Program-made: the position numbers and the translations under genes
From: a virus
Taxonomy: Duplodnaviria > Caudoviricetes
Reading direction: 5' to 3' (one strand)
Length of the DNA: 53,655 nucleotides
Virus record (IMG/VR): IMGVR_UViG_3300017971_000063
Span: 1 to 53,655 of that record
Shown: positions 1 through 9,152 of the stretch, one piece after another
Layout: each line of letters starts with the position of its first letter
How positions within the stretch are numbered: the first letter of the stretch is position 1
The notes under the pieces: generated by a model
The model's database searches: none
What the model saw: only the letters and a program-made list of their open reading frames with translations
Told to the model about the DNA's origin: nothing

Positions 1-123
1 AGGACAAGAAGGTCGACGAGGCCGTCGATATGTTACAATCCATGCTCACCGCCTACGCCGCCGGAAAGAACGGCAAGACCGACGACGGCGCGAGCAAGGA
101 ATCGGACGATGACGCGACGGCCG
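1..123. repeat. Terminal direct repeat (circular assembly overlap), left copy
   Basis: 1-123 is identical to 53533-53655, and the capsid reading frame continues across the junction. Confidence 0.97.
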
Positions 124-1547
124 TGCCGAAAGCGGAGCCGAAGAAGGACGACGAACCCGCCGCCGAACCGAAGAAGGACGGCGAACCCGCGAAAGACCCG
201 GAGAAGGTCGCCGAGGCGATCGCCGAGAAGAAAGTCAAGAAGCTCCGATGCGAGATGAAGCTCGAACGCCGCCTCAACTCGTGCAAGCTTCCCGAACTTT
301 CGAAGAAGCGGATCGCGAAGATGTTCGAGTCGCGGATTTTCGAATCCGCCGAACTCGATCAGGCGATCGCGGACGAGAAAGACTATCTCGCGGCGCTCGA
401 CAAGAGCGGCGAGGTCGTCGGTCTCGGGGAATCCGCGAGCGTCACGCTCGACGAGAGCGATCGGCGTCAACGCGCTTTCGACCTCATGATCGGCTACGAG
501 CCGACCGAGGAAGAGAAGAGCGACTACGCCGGGATCACGCCGTTCGAGGGACTCCGGCAAGCATACGAGTCTTTCACCGGCGACAAGCAGGTCCGGGGGA
601 AACTCTCGGAGTCGCGGATTCGCGAAGGCGCGACGACCTCCGACTTCCCCTACACGCTCGGAACTTCGATGTACCGGAAGATGGTACGCGAATACGGGCG
701 TGTCAAGCCGGGGTGGAAACCCTTCGTGTCGATCGAGCGCCTTGACAACTTCAAGACGCAAGAGTTGATTCGGTGGGGCGGGTTGAACGACCTCGCGGCA
801 GTCGCGGAAGCGGCGGCATATACGGAGTTTACGACTCCGTCCGAGGAACGCGCGACCTACAACGCCGCGAAGAAGGGCCGGATTTTCAAGATCACGCGCG
901 AGATGATCTTGAACGACGACCTCCGGCAACTCCGCAAGATTCCCGTCATGATCGCCCGGGCCGCACAACGGACCCTCGATCAGTTCGTTTGGGACCTCGT
1001 GACGAACTACACGACGGCGGGAGGGATCAACGGCGGGACCGTCTACACCGGCGGCGCGCTCTACACGAGCGGTCAAGGGAACCTCGGTTCGACCGCGCTC
1101 GGGTACGACGCAGTCAACACGGCGATCGACGCGATGATGCAGTTCACCGAGGCGGATTCCTCGGAAGTTCTCGGGATCATGCCGAAGTATCTCGTCCATC
1201 CGATCGGTCTCCGGTCGACGGTCATGTCGCTCCTCGAAAGCAAGTGGAAACCCGGGGCGACGAACGAGGAGAACAACACTCTTTACAAGGCACTCGAACC
1301 GATCATCGTTCCCGGCTTCCTCCGGGACTCGAACAACTGGTTCGTGATCGCCGATCCCGCGACGTGCGAAACGATCGAGATCGGTTTCGTGAACGGGCGG
1401 GAGACTCCGGAAATCCTGCTTCAAGACGGCCCGACGAACGGTGAGGTGTTCACGAACGACATCATCACCTACAAGGTCCGTCACGAGTACGGCGGAGCAC
1501 AAGCCGACTATCGGGGCTTCTACGGCTCGATCGTCGCCGGTTCGTAA
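1..1547 (+). CDS. Scaffold + major capsid protein (Mu gpT-like, HK97 fold), 3' part of the fusion gene
   Basis: Charged Pro/Lys/Glu linker, then TTSDFP..ITREMILNDDL..PKYLVHP..WFVIADP..IEIGFVNGRETPEI..YKVRHEYGG..DYRGFY. Confidence 0.9.
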   Translation, partial: DKKVDEAVDMLQSMLTAYAAGKNGKTDDGASKESDDDATAVPKAEPKKDDEPAAEPKKDGEPAKDPEKVAEAIAEKKVKKLRCEMKLERRLNSCKLPELSKKRIAKMFESRIFESAELDQAIADEKDYLAALDKSGEVVGLGESASVTLDESDRRQRAFDLMIGYEPTEEEKSDYAGITPFEGLRQAYESFTGDKQVRGKLSESRIREGATTSDFPYTLGTSMYRKMVREYGRVKPGWKPFVSIERLDNFKTQELIRWGGLNDLAAVAEAAAYTEFTTPSEERATYNAAKKGRIFKITREMILNDDLRQLRKIPVMIARAAQRTLDQFVWDLVTNYTTAGGINGGTVYTGGALYTSGQGNLGSTALGYDAVNTAIDAMMQFTEADSSEVLGIMPKYLVHPIGLRSTVMSLLESKWKPGATNEENNTLYKALEPIIVPGFLRDSNNWFVIADPATCETIEIGFVNGRETPEILLQDGPTNGEVFTNDIITYKVRHEYGGAQADYRGFYGSIVAGS

Positions 1548-1576
1548 AGAACCGAGATCGTGGAGAGTTGAAATCA

Positions 1577-1609
1577 AAGGGGAGAGTTTCGCGACTCTCC
1601 CCTTTTCTT
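1577..1609 (+). terminator. Rho-independent terminator after the capsid gene
   Basis: AAGGGGAGAGT-ttcgcg-ACTCTCCCCTT followed by TTCTT. Confidence 0.7.
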
Positions 1610-1630
1610 GAACTCTCGACGGAGTAAACA

Positions 1631-2305
1631 ATGAGCGATGTCTCAACCTTTCGAACGATCGTCAACTCGTTATTGAAGGGCGACGAAGTCCTCGATAACG
1701 ACGACAAGGATCGAAACATTCAACGAGCCGTCGAAGAATATCAACGACGGCGTCCGCTTCGAAAAACGGTTCAGCTCACGGGAGACGGAACGAGATTCTT
1801 CTCGGTCCCTTCGGATTGGAAGGAAGGGTTTTCATTCGTCCCGAAGGAGTTCGTCGAATATCCGCTCGGAGAACAGCCGTCGACCTACATCGATGAGAAC
1901 TACGTCCGCTTGAAGAATACGCCGTCCGGGATTCAATTCGAGTTTACCGAAGGAACGTATCCCGCGAACGGCGACAATTTCTATTTCACATACTACACGA
2001 TACATACCGTCGGCGCTTCAAGTTCGACGGTTTACGCGCAGGACGAACGCGCGGTCGCGACGCTCGCGGCGTCGTATTGTTGCGAATCACTCGCCGCGTA
2101 TTACGGCAAAACAATGGACTCTACAATCGCGGCGGACGCCGTCGCCTACCGTGACAAGGCGGCGCGCTATCTCGAACTTTCCGAAGATTACAAAGAGGAT
2201 TTCGAAGAAGCGGTCCCGGATACCGGCGACACCGAGATGGGGGATCACGACGTCACGACGTCGATCGGGACTCAAACCATGTTTCACGAACGATACAGGA
2301 GATAG
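1631..2305 (+). CDS. Putative head-tail adaptor/connector
   Basis: First gene after capsid, 224 aa, GGAG SD, C-terminal helical segment ending Y..LSEDY. Confidence 0.6.
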   Translation: MSDVSTFRTIVNSLLKGDEVLDNDDKDRNIQRAVEEYQRRRPLRKTVQLTGDGTRFFSVPSDWKEGFSFVPKEFVEYPLGEQPSTYIDENYVRLKNTPSGIQFEFTEGTYPANGDNFYFTYYTIHTVGASSSTVYAQDERAVATLAASYCCESLAAYYGKTMDSTIAADAVAYRDKAARYLELSEDYKEDFEEAVPDTGDTEMGDHDVTTSIGTQTMFHERYRR

Positions 2306-2308
2306 ACG

Positions 2309-2653
2309 ATGAGACAAACACTTCATTCGACCGTCGACGTCGCGCTTTCGTCGGCGGCAAGAACGGCGAGCGCAACGTCAAACGTTTTCAAGGTCGAAGG
2401 GGCCGAAACGTTAATGATGTTCCTCGACATCACCGCGAAGTCGGGGAGTCCGACGCTCGACGTCAAGCTTCAAACGTCGCCGGATCAGGTTCAATGGTTC
2501 GACGCCTCGGCGTTCCCGCAACAAACAGATGTTTTCGCCGACTACAACGCGCTCACGTTGAGACAGTACGGAAAGTACGTTCGAGTCGTAGGGACGTTCG
2601 GCGGTTCGGGTTCGATCACCTACTCGGTGAAGCTCGAACGAAAGGAGAGATAA
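2309..2653 (+). CDS. Virion structural protein (small beta-sandwich)
   Basis: 114 aa with LDVKLQTSPD..WFD..YVRVV pattern; lies in the structural module. Confidence 0.5.
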   Translation: MRQTLHSTVDVALSSAARTASATSNVFKVEGAETLMMFLDITAKSGSPTLDVKLQTSPDQVQWFDASAFPQQTDVFADYNALTLRQYGKYVRVVGTFGGSGSITYSVKLERKER

Positions 2654-2654
2654 C

Positions 2655-3650
2655 ATGCCCGATCAAAAAGTAAAAGGACAGCCGGTCGCGATCGTCGACG
2701 TCGAAGGCGATCCGGTTGATATAATTGCCGGGAAACTTCAAGTCGGAGCGACGTTCGCCGCCGGATCGACGGTCGGACTTGACAACGTCGGCGGAACTCA
2801 AATCAATCCGGCGACGGAGGACACGCTCGCCGCCATGAGCGCGAAACTCCCGGCGACGCTCGGACAGACAACCGCCGCCGCTTCAATCTCGATCGTCGAG
2901 GCGTCGGACTCCGGACTCGGGACCGAGGCGACTCTCGCTTCGATCCTCGCGAAAATTATCGCGGCTCCGGCGACCGAGGCGACGCTCGCTTCGGTCCTCG
3001 CGGATACGACGGCGATCCTCGCGAAGTTGATCGCCGATCCCGCAACGGAAGCGACACTCGCGGCGCAGTCGGCGAAGTTACCGGCAACGCTCGGACAGAA
3101 AGCCGGGGCCGCGTCGCTGTCAATCATTGAGGCGTCGGATTCAGGTCTCGCGCAAGAAAGCGGAGGGAACCTCGACACGATCGCGGCGGACACGACTTCG
3201 ATTGACGGGAAAGTCCCTTCCGATCCCGCGAAGGAATCCGGGAAGTTATCCGACATTGACGGGAAGCTTCCGGCGACGATCGGACAGAAAGCGAAGGCCG
3301 CGTCGCTCGCGGTGACGCTCGCGTCCGACGAGGATGCGATTGAGTCGAAGGCGCAGGACGGAGCCGGTAACGCGCTCACGTCGAATAATTGGATGGGTCG
3401 CGGAGAAGCGCAGTCGATCGACGTCAACGTCCGAACCGGACCGAATATGTCGACCGTGATCGTCCTCGTTCAAGCCGGAGACGTCGGCGCTGATTACGTC
3501 GCCGGAAGTGTCGGACAGGTCAAGACCATGAAGGAATATCCGACCGGCGCGTCGGGCGGGACGAACGCGAAGTTGACGACATTCAAATATGCGGACGCGG
3601 CAGGAGCGACGGTCCCGACTTCGATCGTCGAAACGACGACGACCGTCTAA
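2655..3650 (+). CDS. Putative fibre/collar protein with internal repeats
   Basis: Repeated ATEATLA and (SA/DG)KLPAT(L/I)GQ..AAS units; Ala/Thr-rich. Confidence 0.55.
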   Translation: MPDQKVKGQPVAIVDVEGDPVDIIAGKLQVGATFAAGSTVGLDNVGGTQINPATEDTLAAMSAKLPATLGQTTAAASISIVEASDSGLGTEATLASILAKIIAAPATEATLASVLADTTAILAKLIADPATEATLAAQSAKLPATLGQKAGAASLSIIEASDSGLAQESGGNLDTIAADTTSIDGKVPSDPAKESGKLSDIDGKLPATIGQKAKAASLAVTLASDEDAIESKAQDGAGNALTSNNWMGRGEAQSIDVNVRTGPNMSTVIVLVQAGDVGADYVAGSVGQVKTMKEYPTGASGGTNAKLTTFKYADAAGATVPTSIVETTTTV

Positions 3651-3662
3651 CAGGAGCGAACA

Positions 3663-5852
3663 ATGAATTTGATCGCGATGATAAAAGCATTCGCCGGGAA
3701 TGTCTACGGACCGGCGTCCGGAACCGATAATCAAATCGTTCGCCTCGACGGGACGAGCGGGAAGAAGATTCAGGGAACGACCGGACTCACCGCCGACGAT
3801 TCCGGGAATCTCACCGCGAACGCTTTCCTCGGTGACGGATCGGACTTGACGAATATCGGAGAAGGCGCCGAGACAGTCTTGACGCTTCTCGCGAAGGTCA
3901 ACGAGGCGGCGGGAATCTCGATCGGACAGGCCGTCTATATTTCCGGCGCGACCGGACAATTCCCGCAAGTGTCATTGACGGACAACACGAACTCGGCGAA
4001 ATACGAATGGGTTGGTCTCGCGGCGGAGACGAAGGCGAACAGTCAAAATATTTTGATCCGCATTCGCGGGATCGTTCAAGGAATGGACACGTCACAAGGC
4101 GGATCGTGGTCCGACGGCGACAAGCTCTACTTGACGACGGGCGGAAACTTGACGAACGTCCGTCCGACTTCCGGGACCGTTCAACACGTCGGTCATGTCG
4201 CATACGCTCACGCTTCACAAGGGAAGATTCACGTCGCGATTCACAACGAGAATTACATCGCGGCGGCGGCGAGCGAGGACATTGATCTTCGAATGGGAGA
4301 CGCGGCGGGAGCGACAAAGGTCGCGTTCGAGGACTACGCCGACAACGAGATCGGATCGGTCGACTCAAACGGAAACGCGACGTTCGAGACCGTTCAAGTC
4401 AACGGACGAAAAGTCATGCCGAAAACGCTCGACACCGCCGGGATCAACGCGGCGATCGACGCGCTTGGCGCGACCGGCGGCGAACTCTATCTCCCGCCGG
4501 GAGACTACGACATCACGGCGGCATCGCCGATTGACTACGATCGAACGAAGGTCAAGGGCGGAGGTTCGGGAACAAGAATCCTTTGTACCGGTCGGCTCGT
4601 TTTCGACGCCTCGGCGGGAACACTTTCCGAGGGAGACACCGTCACCGGAAGTATTGGAGCAGGGACGGCGGTCGTCGTCAAGATTGACTACACGAACGGC
4701 ATCCTTTGGTACAACGAAAGGAGCGGAACCGATTTCGTCGACGACGAAGTTCTTTCGTCCGGAGGAAACACGGTCACGGTCAACGGCTCACCGACGGACG
4801 GAACCGGATTTCTCAATATCGGATCAATGAATGACGTTGAAGTTTCCGATCTCATGATCATCGGCGGATCGTCCGATCAATCCGGGACGGCGATCGCAGT
4901 CAACGGCGGCGATCGTCCCTCGATTCACGATATAATTTTTAAGGAACCGAACGGATATGTCGTTGATTTTCAGAACTCGGAGAGCTTCAAGTTCAAGAAC
5001 AACACGCTCAACAAAACGATCGCGAACGCTTCTGTCAACGTGAGATTCAGTTCTGATACGAATTGTTTCGGAGTGATCGAGGGGAACGTCCTTCGACATT
5101 CCGGTCTCGGAGACGTGATCGTATTGGATTCCGAATCGCATTATGTTGTCGTCGCGGATAACACGATCGAGGGCGGTCGGTGGCCGATCTGGGCGCAAGG
5201 CGATCATGCGGTGATCTCAAATAATAATTGTTATAACTCGAACAATGCGATCACCGTCGAGGGCGATCATTGCGTCGTTGAAGGGAACACGAACGACTCG
5301 GACGCGAACGAAGGAATCAAGATCACCGGTTCGCATTGCACCGTCTCCGACAACGTTCTCTTTAATTGCGGGAAATATGCGATCTATGTCACGGGAGCGG
5401 GGGCGACGTATTGCGCGATCACGGGAAACACGATCTACGATACCGGCGCGACTTATTCCGACATCCTTGTCTCCGGCGGCGCTCACTTCGCATCGATTGT
5501 CGGGAACGTTTGCCACGGTGACGAGGTCGGAACGGCGGGATATTCTGGAATTTCGGTCTCGTCGTCGAATCACGTCTTGATCGACGGGAATATTTGTGAC
5601 AATCATAACACGACGGGAATCGAGATCGCGAACTCCGCCGACGTCATGCTCGGTCACAATAACGTTGAGTCGGAGTCGACGCCTTACACGCTCACGAGTC
5701 CGACCGATCTTCAAGAGACCGTCTTGATCGATGGTCGCACAGCACCGGCGGCGACCGTTGGACTCGTGAAGCTCTTCGTCGATTCCGCCGACGGTGATTT
5801 GAAAGTGATCTTCGGAGACGGGACGACGAAAACGATCGTCACCGATGCGTGA
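3663..5852 (+). CDS. Tailspike/depolymerase-like protein with right-handed parallel beta-helix
   Basis: INAAIDAL...GGELYLPPGDYDI start, then repeated I.GN/V.DN beta-helix coils. Confidence 0.75.
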   Translation: MNLIAMIKAFAGNVYGPASGTDNQIVRLDGTSGKKIQGTTGLTADDSGNLTANAFLGDGSDLTNIGEGAETVLTLLAKVNEAAGISIGQAVYISGATGQFPQVSLTDNTNSAKYEWVGLAAETKANSQNILIRIRGIVQGMDTSQGGSWSDGDKLYLTTGGNLTNVRPTSGTVQHVGHVAYAHASQGKIHVAIHNENYIAAAASEDIDLRMGDAAGATKVAFEDYADNEIGSVDSNGNATFETVQVNGRKVMPKTLDTAGINAAIDALGATGGELYLPPGDYDITAASPIDYDRTKVKGGGSGTRILCTGRLVFDASAGTLSEGDTVTGSIGAGTAVVVKIDYTNGILWYNERSGTDFVDDEVLSSGGNTVTVNGSPTDGTGFLNIGSMNDVEVSDLMIIGGSSDQSGTAIAVNGGDRPSIHDIIFKEPNGYVVDFQNSESFKFKNNTLNKTIANASVNVRFSSDTNCFGVIEGNVLRHSGLGDVIVLDSESHYVVVADNTIEGGRWPIWAQGDHAVISNNNCYNSNNAITVEGDHCVVEGNTNDSDANEGIKITGSHCTVSDNVLFNCGKYAIYVTGAGATYCAITGNTIYDTGATYSDILVSGGAHFASIVGNVCHGDEVGTAGYSGISVSSSNHVLIDGNICDNHNTTGIEIANSADVMLGHNNVESESTPYTLTSPTDLQETVLIDGRTAPAATVGLVKLFVDSADGDLKVIFGDGTTKTIVTDA

Positions 5853-5867
5853 GAAATAGAGGGGAGG

Positions 5868-6359
5868 ATGCTCCGACTCGAAGTCACGATCCCGAGGACG
5901 AAGCTTCACGACGACGCGAAGGCGGAGAAGGTTTTCAAGGACAACTTGAAGGCCGCGATCACAGAAGCGTCGACGGTGGCATGGGAAGCGATCGTCGTCA
6001 AGGCGCCGAGGGTCACAGGACGGCTCGCGACTTCAATCGAGTTGAAGATCATCGAGACCTCGGACGGAACGAACGCGAGGATCGGAACTTCGCTCCTCTA
6101 TTTCCTTCCGGTCGAACTCGGACAAAAGCCGCATTGGGCGCCGGTCGAGCCGTTTATATTGTGGGCGAAGCGGAAGTTCGGCGCGACCGAGGAGCAAGCG
6201 GAGCGGATCGGATACGCGGTTCGAGCGTCGGTCCGGAAGAAAGGGACGAAGGGGAAACACTTCACGAAGAACGCGATCCTCTTCTCGCTCGAACGGATTG
6301 AAAAGATTCTTGAAGGCGCCGGAATCAAGGTCGTCGGTGGATTATTGGAGAGTCAATGA
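5868..6359 (+). CDS. HK97 gp10-like neck/tail completion protein
   Basis: APRVTGRLATSI..Y..PVELG..PH..GTKGKHF motif. Confidence 0.75.
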   Translation: MLRLEVTIPRTKLHDDAKAEKVFKDNLKAAITEASTVAWEAIVVKAPRVTGRLATSIELKIIETSDGTNARIGTSLLYFLPVELGQKPHWAPVEPFILWAKRKFGATEEQAERIGYAVRASVRKKGTKGKHFTKNAILFSLERIEKILEGAGIKVVGGLLESQ

Positions 6360-6808
6360 GCGTTGCAACGACACGCGCGAAGTTGAAAACGGAACTCGAA
6401 GCGGTTTCGGGAATCGGAACCGTTCACGACTACGTCCGATGGTCGACGAATTGGTCGGACTACGTCGCAAAATTCAAGTCGGGAGGGAAGATCAACGCCG
6501 CATGGATTGAATATCGAACGGACGTCGGCGATCGCGAGACGATCGCGAACGCAACGGTCCGGAACAGGAGGTTCAAGATATTCATGATCATGTCGCTCGA
6601 CGATTCGGCGGCAACTCAAAAGACTTTCGACGAGTTGATCGACCGAGTCTTGACGGCAATGAGTCCGGGCGACGAACACTTCGAGTTGACGGTCCAGAAA
6701 GCCGAACCCGCCGAACTCGTTGACAACTCAATGCTCATGCACGGCGAGACACTCGTCCACAAGGCGGAGATCGACGTCGTAGTTCAGGATATAATCGACG
6801 ATGAATAA
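6356..6808 (+). CDS. Putative tail terminator protein
   Basis: 150 aa between the gp10-like gene and the tail tube. Confidence 0.55.
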   Translation: MSVATTRAKLKTELEAVSGIGTVHDYVRWSTNWSDYVAKFKSGGKINAAWIEYRTDVGDRETIANATVRNRRFKIFMIMSLDDSAATQKTFDELIDRVLTAMSPGDEHFELTVQKAEPAELVDNSMLMHGETLVHKAEIDVVVQDIIDDE

Positions 6809-8069
6809 CGGTCACTATATATATTTTAACGGACCCGAGAAGAAGGCGATCGAGAAGATGGTCGGCAAGGAGACCGTTCGATTCGCGCGGTTCGTGCCGA
6901 CTCCCGTCACCGAGAAGATCGCGAAATTCTTCGCGTCTCATTACAGATTCGCGAAGGTCGATGGCGATCCGATCGAGTTCGCGAAGAAGAACGGAACCTA
7001 CAAGACCGAGAGAATCGTGATCGAGACGAACACGTCGATGGGCGACACGATCCTTTCGCTTCCCGCGATCAACGAGTTCGCGAAAAAATATTCGTGGTAT
7101 AAAATAACGATGTGCGGACACCCACGAAACGAGGGACTCGTCCGCGATCTTCCGTTCGTCGACGAATACCTTTCGACTTGGGAATTTCACCCCTACCGAC
7201 AACGCTATCCGTTCGCGCGATATATCAAGTTGAAGGACTTCGCCGAGGTCTCTCCGCTTCGCGACAAGATTCACCGCTCGGAGATTTACGCTCGCAAGCT
7301 CGGCGTCAGGATCACGAAGGCGTCGGTCCCGCGTCTCCGACCGAATCCGAAGCTCGCGGAAGGGTTCGGGATTCCCTTCCGGGAAGGCGCGAAGTTCATT
7401 ATCGTTCAGGTCCGATCGGTTTCGGCGCTCCGATCGTGGGACATGGGATGGAGAGCGGATCGGCAATTCCCGAAGGCGACGTTCTTGATCCACATGCTCG
7501 CGAACAACGGCTACAACGTGATCGTGACGGACGTCGAGCGCCTCGATCAATTCAGAGGCGAGCGGATTTTCAACATCACCGGACGGACGAGGACGCCGGA
7601 GGAACTCGCGGCGATCGCGGAGCGGTGCGACGCCTCGGTCACTTGCGGAGATTCCGGATTGATTCATGTCACGGCATCGGTCGGTTGTCCTTCTCTCGGA
7701 ATCTACGGACCGATCGCCTCGAAGAATCGGCTCGCGTTCTACTCGGCGCCGACGATCGCGCTCACGAAGCCGATCGATTGCTCGCCTTGCGAGGAGCACA
7801 CCGGAGGTTGTAAACGACCATGCATGAATTTCTCGGTCGAAGAAGTATATAAAAAGGTCGCCGAACTCGTCGACCTGAAAAAAACGGAGGCGAAACAATG
7901 TTCAGTTCAAAGGACAAGGAAGCTTTCTTCCTCGGAGACCTCGATCTCTACATCGACGGAGACACGAGTCCCTCGGCCTACACGCGAGCCGAAAAAGGAA
8001 TCTCGTTCTCGGCGGAGTTCGCGGAGTTCCTCGAAGGAATCCCGCAAGTTCTCGTCCGCAAGGACTTGA
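6801..8069 (+). CDS. Glycosyltransferase family 9 (heptosyltransferase-like); 3' end overlaps the tail tube gene
   Basis: SMGDTILSLPAI and DSGLIHVTASVGCPSLGIYGP..CSPC..C motifs. Confidence 0.85.
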   Translation: MNNGHYIYFNGPEKKAIEKMVGKETVRFARFVPTPVTEKIAKFFASHYRFAKVDGDPIEFAKKNGTYKTERIVIETNTSMGDTILSLPAINEFAKKYSWYKITMCGHPRNEGLVRDLPFVDEYLSTWEFHPYRQRYPFARYIKLKDFAEVSPLRDKIHRSEIYARKLGVRITKASVPRLRPNPKLAEGFGIPFREGAKFIIVQVRSVSALRSWDMGWRADRQFPKATFLIHMLANNGYNVIVTDVERLDQFRGERIFNITGRTRTPEELAAIAERCDASVTCGDSGLIHVTASVGCPSLGIYGPIASKNRLAFYSAPTIALTKPIDCSPCEEHTGGCKRPCMNFSVEEVYKKVAELVDLKKTEAKQCSVQRTRKLSSSETSISTSTETRVPRPTREPKKESRSRRSSRSSSKESRKFSSART

Positions 8070-8422
8070 TCCGGTTCGGTCTCTCGATCTCGTTCGAGGT
8101 CATGCAATGGACGGCGAAACTCCTCAACCTCGCGAGAGGCGGAGAACTCGTCACGTCCGGCGCCGACTACGACTTCAACTACTTCGGGACCGACTACCCG
8201 GACCCGCCCGTCGTTGAGTTCCGGTTCGTCGGAGAACTGCGATCCGGAAACTCGGTCGAGTTCGTGATCCCGCAAGGGAAGGTGTCAGAGATGGGGGAAA
8301 TCCCGACCGGCGGGACCGACTACGCCGGGATTCCGATGGTAGTCGAGGCGCAGAAGGACGAGAGCGAATCCGACGAGAGCCGGAACCTCGGTTACTTCAA
8401 GATCGCGAAAACTGCGAGCTAA
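7898..8422 (+). CDS. Major tail (tube) protein
   Basis: 174 aa, acidic and beta-rich, GGAGG SD, directly upstream of chaperone and tape measure genes. Confidence 0.7.
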   Translation: MFSSKDKEAFFLGDLDLYIDGDTSPSAYTRAEKGISFSAEFAEFLEGIPQVLVRKDLIRFGLSISFEVMQWTAKLLNLARGGELVTSGADYDFNYFGTDYPDPPVVEFRFVGELRSGNSVEFVIPQGKVSEMGEIPTGGTDYAGIPMVVEAQKDESESDESRNLGYFKIAKTAS

Positions 8423-8442
8423 CCTCGCAAGCGAGATCAACC

Positions 8443-9147
8443 ATGCTTCGAGTCGAGATTGAGGACACCGACATTCTCAACGAGCGACCGATCGAATTGA
8501 CGATCGGACCGAGGAAGAAGAAGATCGTTCTTCGATACCTTTCGCCGTCGGAATATTTCGATCGATTCGTTCCCGACTTCACGGCATGGTTGATCTCGTT
8601 CGGCGGGTTGATCGGGAACCTCGCGTTCCCGGATTCCGAAAAGGAATGGAAGGACCCGAAAGTCCTCGAAGCGTTCCGCCGGAATCTCCTCGCGCGGTTT
8701 CAGTCGAAGAAGCTTCGGACTTCCTATCTCCGGATATTGAAGCGCGCCGGGGTTCTCAAAATGTCGGTCCGATATTTCGAGAAATACGCGACCGTCGTCG
8801 ACCTCGTGCGAATCTTCGTCATGGTTTATCGCTTCAACGTCGATGGGTATAAAAAAAAAGTCCTGTCGCTTCTTCAAGAGATTCAGGATCGGGGTTCGTC
8901 GACTTCTACGCGGAAGTCGTCAAGCGAGGATGGGTTCAGGGTCGGGCAAGTCGAGAAGTTACGTCCGCGCTTCCGCGTATTGACGAACTCACCGTCCCGC
9001 TCGTCAAAATCAATCTCCTCTTCCGGCGAGAAAAAGAAGCCGCGTATCGAGCCGAAAAAGAAGCGAAGCGACGAGCCGACGAAGCAAGACGAAAAGCCGA
9101 AGCAGGATCAAGAGGTCGAGGTCGTAGGAATTGGAGAAGTCGGATAA
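8443..9147 (+). CDS. Tail assembly chaperone (gpG-like, zero frame)
   Basis: Between tail tube and tape measure; contains an A9 slippery run at 8851-8859. Confidence 0.7.
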   Translation: MLRVEIEDTDILNERPIELTIGPRKKKIVLRYLSPSEYFDRFVPDFTAWLISFGGLIGNLAFPDSEKEWKDPKVLEAFRRNLLARFQSKKLRTSYLRILKRAGVLKMSVRYFEKYATVVDLVRIFVMVYRFNVDGYKKKVLSLLQEIQDRGSSTSTRKSSSEDGFRVGQVEKLRPRFRVLTNSPSRSSKSISSSGEKKKPRIEPKKKRSDEPTKQDEKPKQDQEVEVVGIGEVG

Positions 9148-9152
9148 TATAG
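8853..9152 (+). CDS. -1 frameshift extension of tail chaperone (gpGT-like)
   Basis: -1 frame is open from the A run (KKSPVASS..FVDFYAEVVKRGW..IDELTVPLVK..) to TAG 9150-9152, abutting the tape measure ATG. Confidence 0.75.
   Translation, partial: KKSPVASSRDSGSGFVDFYAEVVKRGWVQGRASREVTSALPRIDELTVPLVKINLLFRREKEAAYRAEKEAKRRADEARRKAEAGSRGRGRRNWRSRII

Noticed and set aside
1-123. Biological terminal repeat of the packaged DNA
   Set aside because: It falls mid-gene and its length is typical of an assembler overlap, so it indicates circularity only.
33-1646. 537-aa minus-strand ORF, and many other long antisense ORFs (e.g. 6735-7898, 25913-26983)
   Set aside because: They mirror well-supported + strand genes, lack protein motifs, and are explained by codon bias that removes antisense stops.
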